Of a stretch of DNA of 64,000 nucleotides, positions 15,680 to 32,640 are shown piece by piece. The stretch is from Eledone cirrhosa (Eukaryota). The stretch lies in NCBI GenBank assembly GCA_964016885.1, contig OZ024741.1, positions 24,676,001 to 24,740,000 of the forward strand, given 5' to 3'. The first letter of the stretch is position 1, and each line of letters opens with the position of its first letter. A program made the position numbers and the translations under genes. The notes under the pieces are model-generated. The model did no database searches and was not told the DNA's origin. It saw only the letters and a list, made by a program, of their open reading frames with translations.

Positions 15680-18600
15680 GTATATATATATATACTCTCT
15701 TAGTCAGGTATATACACTCTCTCAGTCAGTTATATATACTCTCTCAGTCAGCTATATATAATCTCTCAGTCAGGTATATATACTCTCTCAGTTAGGTATA
15801 TATACTCTCTCAGTCAGGTATATATATACTCTCTCAATCAGATATATATATATACTCTCTCAGTCAGGTAGATATACTCTCTCAGTCAGGTATATATAAT
15901 CTCTCAGTCAGGTATATATACTCTCTCAGTCAGGTATATATACTCTCTCAGTCAGATATATATACTCTCTCAGTCAGGTATATATACTCTCTCAGTCAGG
16001 TATATATAATCTCTCAGTCAGATATATATACTCTCTCAGTCAGATATATATACTCTCTCAGTCAGGTATATACACTCTCTCAGTCAGGTATATACACTCT
16101 CTCAGTCAGGTTTTTATACTCTCTCAGTCAGGTATATATATACTCTCTCAATCAGATATATATATATATACTCTCTTAGTCAGGTATATATATATACTCT
16201 CTCAGTCAGGTATATATATACTCTCTCAGTCAGATATATATATATACTCTCTCAGTCAGGTATATATACTCTCTCAGTCAGGTATATATACTCTCTCAGT
16301 CAGGTATATATAATCTCTCAGTCAGGTATATATACTCTCTCAGTCAGGTATATATATATATACTCTCTTAATCAGGTATATATACTCTCAGTCAGAGATA
16401 TATATATATACTCTCTCAGACAGGTATCTATACTCTCTCAGTCAGGTATATATAATCTCTCAGTCAGGTATATATACACTCTCTCAGTCAGATATATATA
16501 CTCTCTCAGTCAGGTATATATATATACTCTCTCAGTCAGGTATATATACTCTCTCAGTCAGGTATATATACTCTCTCAGTCAGGTATATATAATCTCTCA
16601 GTCAGGTATATATACTCTCTCAGTCAGGTATATATACACTCTCTCAGTCAGGTATATATATACTCTCTCAGTCAGGTATATATACTCTCTCAGTCAGGTA
16701 TATATACTCTCTCAGTCAGGTATATATAATCTCTCAGTCAGGTATATATACTCTCTCAGTCAGGTATATATACTCTCTCAGTCAGGTATATATATATATA
16801 CTCTCTTAGTCAGGTATATATACACTCTCTCAGTCAGTTACATATATACTCTCTCAGTCAGGTATATATACTCTCTCAGTCAGGTATATATACTCTCTCA
16901 GTCAGGTATATATACTCTTTCAGTCAGGTATTTATACTCTCTCAGTCAGGTATATATACTCTCTCAGTCAGGTATATACACTCTCTTAGTCAGGTATATA
17001 TACTCTCTCAGTCAGGTATATATATACTCTCTCAGTCAGGTATATATACTCTCTCAGTCAGGTATATATACTCTCTCAGTCAGGTATATATACTCTCTAA
17101 GTCAGGTATATATATATACACTCTCTCAGTCAGGTATATATAATCTCTCAGTCAGATATATATACTCTCTCAGTCAGGTATATATACTCTCTCAGTCAGG
17201 TATATATACTCTCTCAGTCAGATATATATATATATATACTCTCTCAGTCAGGTATATATATACTCTCTCTGTCAGATATATATATATATACTCTCTTAGT
17301 CAGGTATATATATATACTCTCTCAGTCAGATATATATATATACTCTCTCAGTCAGGTATATATACTCTCTCAGTCAGGTATATATAATCTCTCAGTCAGG
17401 TATATATACTCTCTCAGTCAGATATATATATATACTCTCTTAGTCAGGTATATATACTCTCTCAGTCAGGTATATATACTCTCTTAATCAGGTATATATA
17501 CTCTCTCAGTCAGAGATATATATATATACTCTCTCAGACAGGTATCTATACTCTCTCAGTCAGGTATATATAATCTCTCAGTCAGGTATATATATATATA
17601 CTCTCTCAGTCAGATATATATACTCTCTCAGTCAGGTATATATATAATCTCTCAGTCAGGTATATATACTCTCTCAGTCAGATATATATACTCTCTCAGT
17701 CAGTTATATATATACTCTCTCAGTCAGGTATATATACTCTCTCAGTCAGGTATATATATATATACTCTCTCAGTCAGGTATATATATATATACTCTCTTA
17801 GTCAGGTATATATACTCTCTCAGTCAGGTATATATACTCTCTCAGTCAGGTATATATATATATATATACTCTCTCAGTCAGGTATATATATATATACTCT
17901 CTTAGTCAGGTATATACACTCTCTCAGTCAGTTATATATACTCTCTCAGTCAGGTATATATAATCTCTCAGTCAGGTATATATACTCTCTCAGTCAGGTA
18001 TATATACTCTCTCAGTCAGATATATATACTCTCTCAGTCTGGTATATATACTCTCTCAGTCAGGTATATATACTCTCTCAGTCAGGTATATATAATCTCT
18101 CAGTCAGGTATATATACTCTCTCAGTCAGGTATATATACTCTCTCAGTCAGATATATATACTCTCTCAGTCAGGTATATATACTCTCTCAGTCAGGTATA
18201 TATACTCTCTCAGTCAGGTATATATACTCTCTCAGTCAGGTATATATACTCTCTCAGTCAGGTATATATACTCTCTCAGTCAGGTATATATATACTCTCT
18301 GAATCAGATATATATATATATACTCTCTCAGTCAGGTATATACTCTCTCAGTCAGATATATATATATACTCTCTCAGTCAGGTATATATACTCTCTCAGT
18401 CAGGTATATATACTCTCTCAGTCAGGTATATATACTCTCTCAGTCAGGTATATATAATCTCTCAGTCAGGTATATATACTCTCTCAGTCAGGTATATATA
18501 TATATACTCTCTTAATCAGGTATATATACTCTCAGTCAGAGATATATATATATACTCTCTCAGACAGGTATCTATACTCTCTCAGTCAGGTATATATAAT

Positions 18601-21600
18601 CTCTCAGTCAGGTATATATACTCTCTCAGTCAGGTATATATACACTCTCTCAGTCAGGTATATATATACTCTCTCAGTCAGGTATATATATACTCTCTCA
18701 GTCAGGTATATATACTCTCTCAGTCAGGAATATATATATATACTCTCTTAGTCAGGTATATATACACTCTCTCAGTCAGTTACATATATACTATCTCAGT
18801 CAGGTATATATACTCTCTCAGTCAGGTATATATACTCTCTCAGTCAGGTATATATACTCTTTCAGTCAGGTATATATACTCTCTCAGTCAGGTCTATATA
18901 CTCTCTCAGTCAGGTATATATATACTCTCTCAGTCAGGTATATATACTCTCTCAGTCAGGTATATATACTCTCTCAGTCAGGTATATATATATATATACT
19001 CTCTCAGTCAGGTATATATATATATACTCTCTTAGTCAGGTATATACACTCTCTCAGTCAGTTATATATATACTCTCTCAGTCAGGTATATATACTCTCT
19101 CAGTCAGGTATATATACTCTCTCAGTCAGGTATATATACTCTCTCAGTCAGGTATATATACTCTTTCAGTCAGGTATATATACTCTCTCAGTCAGGTATA
19201 TATACTCTCTCAGTGAGGTATATATATACTCTCTCAGTCAGGTATATATACTCTCTCAGTCAGGTATATATACTCTCTCAGTCAGGTATATATACTCTCT
19301 CAGTCAGGTATATATACTCTTTCAGTCAGGTATATATACTCTCTCAGTTAGGTATATATACTCTCTCAGTCAGGTATATATATACTCTCTCAGTCAGGTA
19401 TATATACTCTCTCAGTCAGGTATATATACTCTCTCAGTCAGGTATATATACTCTCTCAGTCAGGTATATATACTCTCTCAGTCAGGTATATATACTCTCT
19501 CAGTCAGGTATATATACTCTCTCAGTCAGGTATATATACACTCTCTCAGTCAGATATATATATATATACTCTCTTAGTCAGGTATATATATATATACTCT
19601 CTCAGTCAGGTATATATATACTCTCTCAGTCAGATATATATATATATACTCTCTCAGTCAGGTATATATACTCTCTCAGTCAGGTATATATACTCTCTCA
19701 GTCAGGTATATATAATCTCTTAGTCAGGTATATATACTCTCTCAGTCAGATATATATATATACTCTCTTAGTCAGGTATATATGCTCTCTCAGTCAGGTA
19801 TATATACTCCTCTCAGTCAGGTATATATATATATACTCTCTTAGTCAGGTATATATACTCTCTCAGTCAGGTATATATAATCTCTCAGTCAGGTATATAT
19901 ACTCTCTCAGTCAGGTATATATATACTCTCTCAGTCAGGTATATATACTCTCTCAGTCAGGTATATATACTCTCTCAGTCAGGTATATATACTCTCTCAG
20001 TCAGGTATATATACTCTCTCAGTCAGGTATATATATATATACACTCTCATAGTAAGGTATATATAATCTCTCAGTCAGATATATATACTCTCTCAGTCAG
20101 GTATATATACTCTCTCAGTCAGGTATATATACTCTCTCAGTCAGGTATATATAATCTCTCAGTCAGGTATATATACTCTCTCAGTCAGGTATATATATAT
20201 ATATACTCTCTCAGTCAGGTATATATATATATACTCTCTCAGTCAGGTATATATATATATATATACTCTCTTAGTCAGGTATATAGACTCTCTCAGTCAG
20301 GTATATATACTCTCTCAGTCAGGTATATATATATATACTCTCTTAGTCAGGTATATATACTCTCTCAGTCAGGTATATATATATACTCTCTTAGTCAGGT
20401 ATATATACTCTCTCAGTCAGGTATATATAATCTCTCAGTCAGGTATATATACTCTCTCAGTCAGGTATATATACTCTCTCAGTCAGGTATATACACTCTC
20501 TCAGTCAGTTGTATATATACTCTCTCAGTCAGGTATATATACTCTCTCAGTCAGGTATATATATATATGCTCTCTCAGTCAGGTATATATATATATACTC
20601 TCTTAGTCAGGTATATATACTCTCTCAGTCAGGTATATATACTCTCTCAGTCAGGTATATATATATATATATACTCTCTCAGTCAGGTATATATATATAT
20701 ACTCTCTTAGTCAGGTATATACACTCTCTCAGTCAGTTATATACACTCTCTCAGTCAGGTATATATAATCTCTCAGTCAGGTATATATACTCTCTCAGTC
20801 AGGTATATATACTCTCTCAGTCAGATATATATACTCTCTCAGTCAGGTATATATACTCTCTCAGTCAGGTATATATACTCTCTCAGTCAGGTATATATAA
20901 TCTCTCAGTCAGGTATATATACTCTCTCAGTCAGGTATATATACTCTCTCAGTCAGATATATATACTCTCTCAGTCAGGTATATATACTCTCTCAGTCAG
21001 GTATATATACTCTCTCAGTCAGGTATATATAATCTCTCAGTCAGATATATATACTCCCTCAGTCAGGTATATATATACTCTCGCAGTCAGGTATATATAC
21101 TCTCTCAGTCAGGTATATATACTCTCTCAGTCAGGTATATATACTCTCTCAGTCAGGTATATACAATCTCTCAGTCAGGTATACATACTCTCTCAGTCAG
21201 GTATATATATATACTCTCTCAATCAGATATATATATATATACTCTCTTAGTCAGGTATATATATATATACTCTCTCAGTCAGGTATATATATACTCTCTC
21301 AGTCAGATATATATATATACTCTCTCAGTCAGGTATATATACTCTCTCAGTCAGGTATATATACTCTCTCAGTGAGGTATATATAATCTCTCAGTCAGGT
21401 ATATATACTCTCTCAGTCAGATATATATATATACTCTCTTAATCAGGTATATATACTCTCAGTCAGAGATATATATATATACTCTCTCAGACAGGTATCT
21501 ATACTCTCTGTCAGGTATATATAATCTCTCAGTCAGGTATATATATATACTCTCTCAGTCAGGTATATATACTCTCTCAGTCAGGTATATATACTCTCTC

Positions 21601-24600
21601 AGTCAGGTATATATAATCTCTCAGTCAGGTATATATACTCTCTCAGTCAGGTATATATACACTCTCTCAGTCAGGTATATATATACTCTCTCAGTCAGGT
21701 ATATATATACTCTCTCAGTCAGGTATATATACTCTCTCAGTCAGGTATATATATATATACTCTCTTAGTCAGGTATATATACACTCTCTCAGTCAGTTAC
21801 ATATATACTCTCTCAGTCAGGTATATATACTCTCTCAGTCAGGTATATATACTCTTTCAGTCAGGTATATATACTCTCTCAGTCAGGTATATATAATCTC
21901 TCAGTCAGATATATATACTCTCTCAGTCAGGTATATATACTCTCTCAGTCAGGTGTATATACTCTCTCAGTCAGTTATATATAATCTCTCAGTCAGGTAT
22001 ATATACTCTCTCAGTCAGGTATATATACTCTCTCAGTCAGGTATATACACTCTCTCAGTCAGTTATATATATATACTCTCTCAGTCAGGTATATATACTC
22101 TCTCAGTCAGGTATATATAATCTCTCAGTCAGTTATATATATATACTCTCTCAGTCAGGTATATATACTCTCTCAGTCAGGTATATATACTCTCTCAGTC
22201 AGGTATATATAATCTCTCAGTCAGGTATATATACTCTCTCAGTCAGGTATATATACTCTCTCAGTCAGGTATATACACTCTCTCAGTCAGTTATATATAT
22301 ACTCTCTCAGTCAGGTATATATACTCTCTCAGTCAGGTATATATATATATACTCTCTCAGTCAGGTATATATATATATACTCTCTTAGTCAGGTATATAC
22401 ACTCTCTCAGTCAGTTATATACACTCTCTCAGTCAGGTATATATAATCTCTCAGTCAGGTATATATACTCTCTCAGTCAGGTATATATACTCTCTCAGTC
22501 AGATATATATACTCTCTCAGTCAGGTATATATACTCTCTCAGTCAGGTATATATACTCTCTCAGTCAGGTATATATAATCTCTCAGTCAGGTATATATAC
22601 TCTCTCAGTCAGGTATATATACTCTCTCAGTCAGATATATATACTCTCTCAGTCAGGTATATATACTCTCTCAGTCAGGTATATATACTCTCTCAGTCAG
22701 GTATATATAATCTCTCAGTCAGATATATATACTCTCTCAGTCAGGTATATATATACTCTCTTAGTCAGGTATATATATATACTCTCTCAGTCAGGTATAT
22801 ATATAATCTCTCAGTCAGATATATATATATACTCTCTCAGTCAGGTATATATACTCTCTCAGTCACGTATATATACTCTCTCAGTCAGGTATATATAATC
22901 TCTCAGTCAGGTATATATACTCTCTCAGTCAGAGATATATATATATACTCTCTCAGACAGGTATCTATACTCTCTGTCAGGTATATATAATCTCTCAGTC
23001 AGGTATATATACTCTCTCAGTCAGGTATATATACACTCTCTCAGTCAGATATATATACTCTCTCAGTCAGGTATATATATATACTCTCTCAGTCAGGTAT
23101 ATATACTCTCTCAGTCAGGTATATATACTCTCTCAGTCAGGTATATATAATCTCTCAGTCAGGTATATATACTCTCTCAGTCAGGTATATATACACTCTC
23201 TCAGTCAGGTATATATATACTCTCTCAGTCAGGTATATATATACTCTCTCAGTCAGGTATATATACTCTCTCAGTCAGGTATATATATATATACTCTCTT
23301 AGTCAGGTATATATACACTCTCTCAGTCAGTTACATATATACTCTCTCCTTCAGGTATATATACTCTCTCAGTCAGGTATATATACTCTCTCAGTCAGGT
23401 ATATATACTCTTTCAGTCAGGTATATATACTCTCTCAGTCAGGTATATATACTCTCTCAGTCAGGTATATATATACTCTCTCAGTCAGGTATATATACTC
23501 TCTCAGTCAGGTATATATACTCTCTCAGTCAGGTATATATACTCTCTCAGTCAGGTATATATATATACACTCTCTCAGTCAGGTATATATAATCTCTCAG
23601 TCAGATATATATACTCTCTCAGTCAGGTATATATACTCTCTCAGTCAGGTATATATACTCTCTCAGTCAGGTATATATACTCTCTCAGTCAGGTATATAT
23701 ATAATCTCTCAGTCAGTTATATATATATACTCTCTCAGTCAGGTATATATACTCTCTCAGTCAGGTATATATACTCTCTCAGTCAGGTATATATATAATC
23801 TCTCAGTCAGTTATATATATATACTCTCTCAGTCAGGTATATATACTCTCTCAGTCAGGTATATATAATCTCTTAGTCAGGTATATATACTCTCTCAGTC
23901 AGGTATATATATACTCTCTCAGTCAGATATATATATATACTCTCTTAGTCAGGTATATATATATACTCTCTCAGTCAGGTATATATATACTCTCTCAGTC
24001 AGGTATATATACTCTCTCAGTCAGGTATATATACTCTCTCAGTCAGGTATATATATATATACTCTCTTAGTCAGGTATATACACTCTCTCAGTCAGTTAT
24101 ATATACTCTCTCAGTCAGCTATATATAATCTCTCAGTCAGGTATATATACTCTCTCAGTTAGGTATATATACTCTCTCAGTCAGGTATATATATACTCTC
24201 TCAATCAGATATATATATATACTCTCTCAGTCAGGTATATATACTCTCTCAGTCAGGTATATATAATCTCTCAGTCAGGTATATATACTCTCTCAGTCAG
24301 GTATATATACTCTCTCAGTCAGATATATATACTCTCTCAGTCAGGTATATATACTCTCTCAGTCAGGTATATATAATCTCTCAGTCAGATATATATACTC
24401 TCTCAGTCAGATATATATACTCTCTCAGTCAGGTATATACACTCTCTCAGTCAGGTATATACACTCTCTCAGTCAGGTTTTTATACTCTCTCAGTCAGGT
24501 ATATATATACTCTCTCAATCATATATATATATATATACTCTCTTAGTCAGGTATATATATATACTCTCTCAGTCAGGTATATATGTACTCTCTCAGTCAG

Positions 24601-27600
24601 ATATATATATATACTCTCTCAGTCAGGTATATATACTCTCTCAGTCAGGTATATATACTCTCTCAGTCAGGTATATATAATCTCTCAGTCAGGTATATAT
24701 ACTCTCTCAGTCAGGTATATATATATATACTCTCTTAATCAGGTATATATACTCTCAGTCAGAGATATATATATATACTCTCTCAGACAGGTATCTATAC
24801 TCTCTCAGTCAGGTATATATAATCTCTCAGTCAGGTATATATACACTCTCTCAGTCAGATATATATACTCTCTCAGTCAGGTATATATATATACTCTCTC
24901 AGTCAGGTATATATACTCTCTCAGTCAGGTATATATACTCTCTCAGTCAGGTATATATAATCTCTCAGTCAGGTATATATACTCTCTCAGTCAGGTATAT
25001 ATACACTCTCTCAGTCAGGTATATATATACTCTCTCAGTCAGGTATATATACTCTCTCAGTCAGGTATATATACTCTCTCAGTCAGGTATATATAATCTC
25101 TCAGTCAGGTATATATACTCTCTCAGTCAGGTATATATACTCTCTCAGTCAGGTATATATATATATACTCTCTTAGTCAGGTATATATACACTCTCTCAG
25201 TCAGTTACATATATACTCTCTCAGTCAGGTATATATACTCTCTCAGTCAGGTATATATACTCTCTCAGTCAGGTATATATACTCTTTCAGTCAGGTATTT
25301 ATACTCTCTCAGTCAGGTATATATACTCTCTCAGTCAGGTATATACACTCTCTTAGTCAGGTATATATACTCTCTCAGTCAGGTATATATATACTCTCTC
25401 AGTCAGGTATATATACTCTCTCAGTCAGGTATATATACTCTCTCAGTCAGGTATATATACTCTCTAAGTCAGGTATATATATATACACTCTCTCAGTCAG
25501 GTATATATAATCTCTCAGTCAGATATATATACTCTCTCAGTCAGGTATATATACTCTCTCAGTCAGGTATATATACTCTCTCAGTCAGATATATATATAT
25601 ATATACTCTCTCAGTCAGGTATATATATACTCTCTCTGTCAGATATATATATATATACTCTCTTAGTCAGGTATATATATATACTCTCTCAGTCAGATAT
25701 ATATATATACTCTCTCAGTCAGGTATATATACTCTCTCAGTCAGGTATATATAATCTCTCAGTCAGGTATATATACTCTCTCAGTCAGATATATATATAT
25801 ACTCTCTTAGTCAGGTATATATACTCTCTCAGTCAGGTATATATACTCTCTTAATCAGGTATATATACTCTCTCAGTCAGAGATATATATATATACTCTC
25901 TCAGACAGGTATCTATACTCTCTCAGTCAGGTATATATAATCTCTCAGTCAGGTATATATATATATACTCTCTCAGTCAGATATATATACTCTCTCAGTC
26001 AGGTATATATATAATCTCTCAGTCAGGTATATATACTCTCTCAGTCAGATATATATACTCTCTCAGTCAGTTATATATATACTCTCTCAGTCAGGTATAT
26101 ATACTCTCTCAGTCAGGTATATATATATATACTCTCTCAGTCAGGTATATATATATATACTCTCTTAGTCAGGTATATATACTCTCTCAGTCAGGTATAT
26201 ATACTCTCTCAGTCAGGTATATATATATATATATACTCTCTCAGTCAGGTATATATATATATACTCTCTTAGTCAGGTATATACACTCTCTCAGTCAGTT
26301 ATATATACTCTCTCAGTCAGGTATATATAATCTCTCAGTCAGGTATATATACTCTCTCAGTCAGGTATATATACTCTCTCAGTCAGATATATATACTCTC
26401 TCAGTCTGGTATATATACTCTCTCAGTCAGGTATATATACTCTCTCAGTCAGGTATATATAATCTCTCAGTCAGGTATATATACTCTCTCAGTCAGGTAT
26501 ATATACTCTCTCAGTCAGATATATATACTCTCTCAGTCAGGTATATATACTCTCTCAGTCAGGTATATATACTCTCTCAGTCAGGTATATATACTCTCTC
26601 AGTCAGGTATATATACTCTCTCAGTCAGGTATATATACTCTCTCAGTCAGGTATATATATACTCTCTGAATCAGATATATATATATATACTCTCTCAGTC
26701 AGGTATATACTCTCTCAGTCAGATATATATATATACTCTCTCAGTCAGGTATATATACTCTCTCAGTCAGGTATATATACTCTCTCAGTCAGGTATATAT
26801 ACTCTCTCAGTCAGGTATATATAATCTCTCAGTCAGGTATATATACTCTCTCAGTCAGGTATATATATATATACTCTCTTAATCAGGTATATATACTCTC
26901 AGTCAGAGATATATATATATACTCTCTCAGACAGGTATCTATACTCTCTCAGTCAGGTATATATAATCTCTCAGTCAGGTATATATACTCTCTCAGTCAG
27001 GTATATATACACTCTCTCAGTCAGGTATATATATACTCTCTCAGTCAGGTATATATATACTCTCTCAGTCAGGTATATATACTCTCTCAGTCAGGAATAT
27101 ATATATATACTCTCTTAGTCAGGTATATATACACTCTCTCAGTCAGTTACATATATACTATCTCAGTCAGGTATATATACTCTCTCAGTCAGGTATATAT
27201 ACTCTCTCAGTCAGGTATATATACTCTTTCAGTCAGGTATATATACTCTCTCAGTCAGGTCTATATACTCTCTCAGTCAGGTATATATATACTCTCTCAG
27301 TCAGGTATATATACTCTCTCAGTCAGGTATATATACTCTCTCAGTCAGGTATATATATATATATACTCTCTCAGTCAGGTATATATATATATACTCTCTT
27401 AGTCAGGTATATACACTCTCTCAGTCAGTTATATATATACTCTCTCAGTCAGGTATATATACTCTCTCAGTCAGGTATATATACTCTCTCAGTCAGGTAT
27501 ATATACTCTCTCAGTCAGGTATATATACTCTTTCAGTCAGGTATATATACTCTCTCAGTCAGGTATATATACTCTCTCAGTGAGGTATATATATACTCTC

Positions 27601-30600
27601 TCAGTCAGGTATATATACTCTCTCAGTCAGGTATATATACTCTCTCAGTCAGGTATATATACTCTTTCAGTCAGGTATATATACTCTCTCAGTTAGGTAT
27701 ATATACTCTCTCAGTCAGGTATATATATACTCTCTCAGTCAGGTATATATACTCTCTCAGTCAGGTATATATACTCTCTCAGTCAGGTATATATACTCTC
27801 TCAGTCAGGTATATATACTCTCTCAGTCAGGTATATATACTCTCTCAGTCAGGTATATATACTCTCTCAGTCAGGTATATATACACTCTCTCAGTCAGAT
27901 ATATATATATATACTCTCTTAGTCAGGTATATATATATATACTCTCTCAGTCAGGTATATATATACTCTCTCAGTCAGATATATATATATATACTCTCTC
28001 AGTCAGGTATATATACTCTCTCAGTCAGGTATATATACTCTCTCAGTCAGGTATATATAATCTCTTAGTCAGGTATATATACTCTCTCAGTCAGATATAT
28101 ATATATACTCTCTTAGTCAGGTATATATGCTCTCTCAGTCAGGTATATATACTCCTCTCAGTCAGGTATATATATATATACTCTCTTAGTCAGGTATATA
28201 TACTCTCTCAGTCAGGTATATATAATCTCTCAGTCAGGTATATATACTCTCTCAGTCAGGTATATATATACTCTCTCAGTCAGGTATATATACTCTCTCA
28301 GTCAGGTATATATACTCTCTCAGTCAGGTATATATACTCTCTCAGTCAGGTATATATACTCTCTCAGTCAGGTATATATATATATACACTCTCATAGTAA
28401 GGTATATATAATCTCTCAGTCAGATATATATACTCTCTCAGTCAGGTATATATACTCTCTCAGTCAGGTATATATACTCTCTCAGTCAGGTATATATAAT
28501 CTCTCAGTCAGGTATATATACTCTCTCAGTCAGGTATATATATATATATACTCTCTCAGTCAGGTATATATATATATACTCTCTCAGTCAGGTATATATA
28601 TATATATATACTCTCTTAGTCAGGTATATAGACTCTCTCAGTCAGGTATATATACTCTCTCAGTCAGGTATATATATATATACTCTCTTAGTCAGGTATA
28701 TATACTCTCTCAGTCAGGTATATATATATACTCTCTTAGTCAGGTATATATACTCTCTCAGTCAGGTATATATAATCTCTCAGTCAGGTATATATACTCT
28801 CTCAGTCAGGTATATATACTCTCTCAGTCAGGTATATACACTCTCTCAGTCAGTTGTATATATACTCTCTCAGTCAGGTATATATACTCTCTCAGTCAGG
28901 TATATATATATATGCTCTCTCAGTCAGGTATATATATATATACTCTCTTAGTCAGGTATATATACTCTCTCAGTCAGGTATATATACTCTCTCAGTCAGG
29001 TATATATATATATATATACTCTCTCAGTCAGGTATATATATATATACTCTCTTAGTCAGGTATATACACTCTCTCAGTCAGTTATATACACTCTCTCAGT
29101 CAGGTATATATAATCTCTCAGTCAGGTATATATACTCTCTCAGTCAGGTATATATACTCTCTCAGTCAGATATATATACTCTCTCAGTCAGGTATATATA
29201 CTCTCTCAGTCAGGTATATATACTCTCTCAGTCAGGTATATATAATCTCTCAGTCAGGTATATATACTCTCTCAGTCAGGTATATATACTCTCTCAGTCA
29301 GATATATATACTCTCTCAGTCAGGTATATATACTCTCTCAGTCAGGTATATATACTCTCTCAGTCAGGTATATATAATCTCTCAGTCAGATATATATACT
29401 CCCTCAGTCAGGTATATATATACTCTCGCAGTCAGGTATATATACTCTCTCAGTCAGGTATATATACTCTCTCAGTCAGGTATATATACTCTCTCAGTCA
29501 GGTATATACAATCTCTCAGTCAGGTATACATACTCTCTCAGTCAGGTATATATATATACTCTCTCAATCAGATATATATATATATACTCTCTTAGTCAGG
29601 TATATATATATATACTCTCTCAGTCAGGTATATATATACTCTCTCAGTCAGATATATATATATACTCTCTCAGTCAGGTATATATACTCTCTCAGTCAGG
29701 TATATATACTCTCTCAGTGAGGTATATATAATCTCTCAGTCAGGTATATATACTCTCTCAGTCAGATATATATATATACTCTCTTAATCAGGTATATATA
29801 CTCTCAGTCAGAGATATATATATATACTCTCTCAGACAGGTATCTATACTCTCTGTCAGGTATATATAATCTCTCAGTCAGGTATATATATATACTCTCT
29901 CAGTCAGGTATATATACTCTCTCAGTCAGGTATATATACTCTCTCAGTCAGGTATATATAATCTCTCAGTCAGGTATATATACTCTCTCAGTCAGGTATA
30001 TATACACTCTCTCAGTCAGGTATATATATACTCTCTCAGTCAGGTATATATATACTCTCTCAGTCAGGTATATATACTCTCTCAGTCAGGTATATATATA
30101 TATACTCTCTTAGTCAGGTATATATACACTCTCTCAGTCAGTTACATATATACTCTCTCAGTCAGGTATATATACTCTCTCAGTCAGGTATATATACTCT
30201 TTCAGTCAGGTATATATACTCTCTCAGTCAGGTATATATAATCTCTCAGTCAGATATATATACTCTCTCAGTCAGGTATATATACTCTCTCAGTCAGGTG
30301 TATATACTCTCTCAGTCAGTTATATATAATCTCTCAGTCAGGTATATATACTCTCTCAGTCAGGTATATATACTCTCTCAGTCAGGTATATACACTCTCT
30401 CAGTCAGTTATATATATATACTCTCTCAGTCAGGTATATATAATCTCTCAGTCAGTTATATATATATACTCTCTCAGTCAGGTATATATACTCTCTCAGT
30501 CAGGTATATATACTCTCTCAGTCAGGTATATATAATCTCTCAGTCAGGTATATATACTCTCTCAGTCAGGTATATATACTCTCTCAGTCAGGTATATACA

Positions 30601-32640
30601 CTCTCTCAGTCAGTTATATATATACTCTCTCAGTCAGGTATATATACTCTCTCAGTCAGGTATATATATATATACTCTCTCAGTCAGGTATATATATATA
30701 TACTCTCTTAGTCAGGTATATATACTCTCTCAGTCAGGTATATATACTCTCTCAGTCAGGTATATATATATATACTCTCTCAGTCAGGTATATATATATA
30801 TACTCTCTTAGTCAGGTATATACACTCTCTCAGTCAGTTATATACACTCTCTCAGTCAGGTATATATAATCTCTCAGTCAGGTATATATACTCTCTCAGT
30901 CAGGTATATATACTCTCTCAGTCAGATATATATACTCTCTCAGTCAGGTATATATACTCTCTCAGTCAGGTATATATACTCTCTCAGTCAGGTATATATA
31001 ATCTCTCAGTCAGGTATATATACTCTCTCAGTCAGGTATATATACTCTCTCAGTCAGATATATATACTCTCTCAGTCAGGTATATATACTCTCTCAGTCA
31101 GGTATATATACTCTCTCAGTCAGGTATATATAATCTCTCAGTCAGATATATATACTCTCTCAGTCAGGTATATATATACTCTCGCAGTCAGGTATATATA
31201 CTCTCTCAGTCAGGTATATATACTCTCTCAGTCAGGTATATATACTCTCTCAGTCAGGTATATACAATCTCTCAGTCAGGTATACATACTCTCTCAGTCA
31301 GGTATATATATACTCTCTCAATCAGATATATATATATATACTCTCTTAGTCAGGTATATATATATACTCTCTCAGTCAGGTATATATATAATCTCTCAGT
31401 CAGATATATATATATACTCTCTCAGTCAGGTATATATACTCTCTCAGTCACGTATATATACTCTCTCAGTCAGGTATATATAATCTCTCAGTCAGGTATA
31501 TATACTCTCTCAGTCAGAGATATATATATATACTCTCTCAGACAGGTATCTATACTCTCTGTCAGGTATATATAATCTCTCAGTCAGGTATATATACTCT
31601 CTCAGTCAGGTATATATACACTCTCTCAGTCAGATATATATACTCTCTCAGTCAGGTATATATATATACTCTCTCAGTCAGGTATATATACTCTCTCAGT
31701 CAGGTATATATACTCTCTCAGTCAGGTATATATAATCTCTCAGTCAGGTATATATACTCTCTCAGTCAGGTATATATACACTCTCTCAGTCAGGTATATA
31801 TATACTCTCTCAGTCAGGTATATATATACTCTCTCAGTCAGGTATATATACTCTCTCAGTCAGGTATATATATATATACTCTCTTAGTCAGGTATATATA
31901 CACTCTCTCAGTCAGTTACATATATACTCTCTCCTTCAGGTATATATACTCTCTCAGTCAGGTATATATACTCTCTCAGTCAGGTATATATACTCTTTCA
32001 GTCAGGTATATATACTCTCTCAGTCAGGTATATATACTCTCTCAGTCAGGTATATATATACTCTCTCAGTCAGGTATATATACTCTCTCAGTCAGGTATA
32101 TATACTCTCTCAGTCAGGTATATATACTCTCTCAGTCAGGTATATATATATACACTCTCTCAGTCAGGTATATATAATCTCTCAGTCAGATATATATACT
32201 CTCTCAGTCAGGTATATATACTCTCTCAGTCAGGTATATATACTCTCTCAGTCAGGTATATATACTCTCTCAGTCAGGTATATATATAATCTCTCAGTCA
32301 GTTATATATATATACTCTCTCAGTCAGGTATATATACTCTCTCAGTCAGGTATATATACTCTCTCAGTCAGGTATATATATAATCTCTCAGTCAGTTATA
32401 TATATATACTCTCTCAGTCAGGTATATATACTCTCTCAGTCAGGTATATATAATCTCTTAGTCAGGTATATATACTCTCTCAGTCAGGTATATATATACT
32501 CTCTCAGTCAGATATATATATATACTCTCTTAGTCAGGTATATATATATACTCTCTCAGTCAGGTATATATATACTCTCTCAGTCAGGTATATATACTCT
32601 CTCAGTCAGGTATATATACTCTCTCAGTCAGGTATATATA
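15680..32640 (+). repeat. Tandem duplication of an ~8.4 kb higher-order block (copy 1 ~15680-24050, copy 2 ~24050-32640)
   Basis: Offset 8367 for CAGCTATA 15751/24118, GGTTTTTATA 16111/24478, GAATCAG 18301/26668 and GGTCTATA 18891/27258. Offset 8345 for CATAGTAAGG 20048/28393 and identical pseudo-ORFs 20509/28854. Offset 8585 for CACGT 22864/31449 and CCTTCAGG 23348/31933. Confidence 0.93.
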
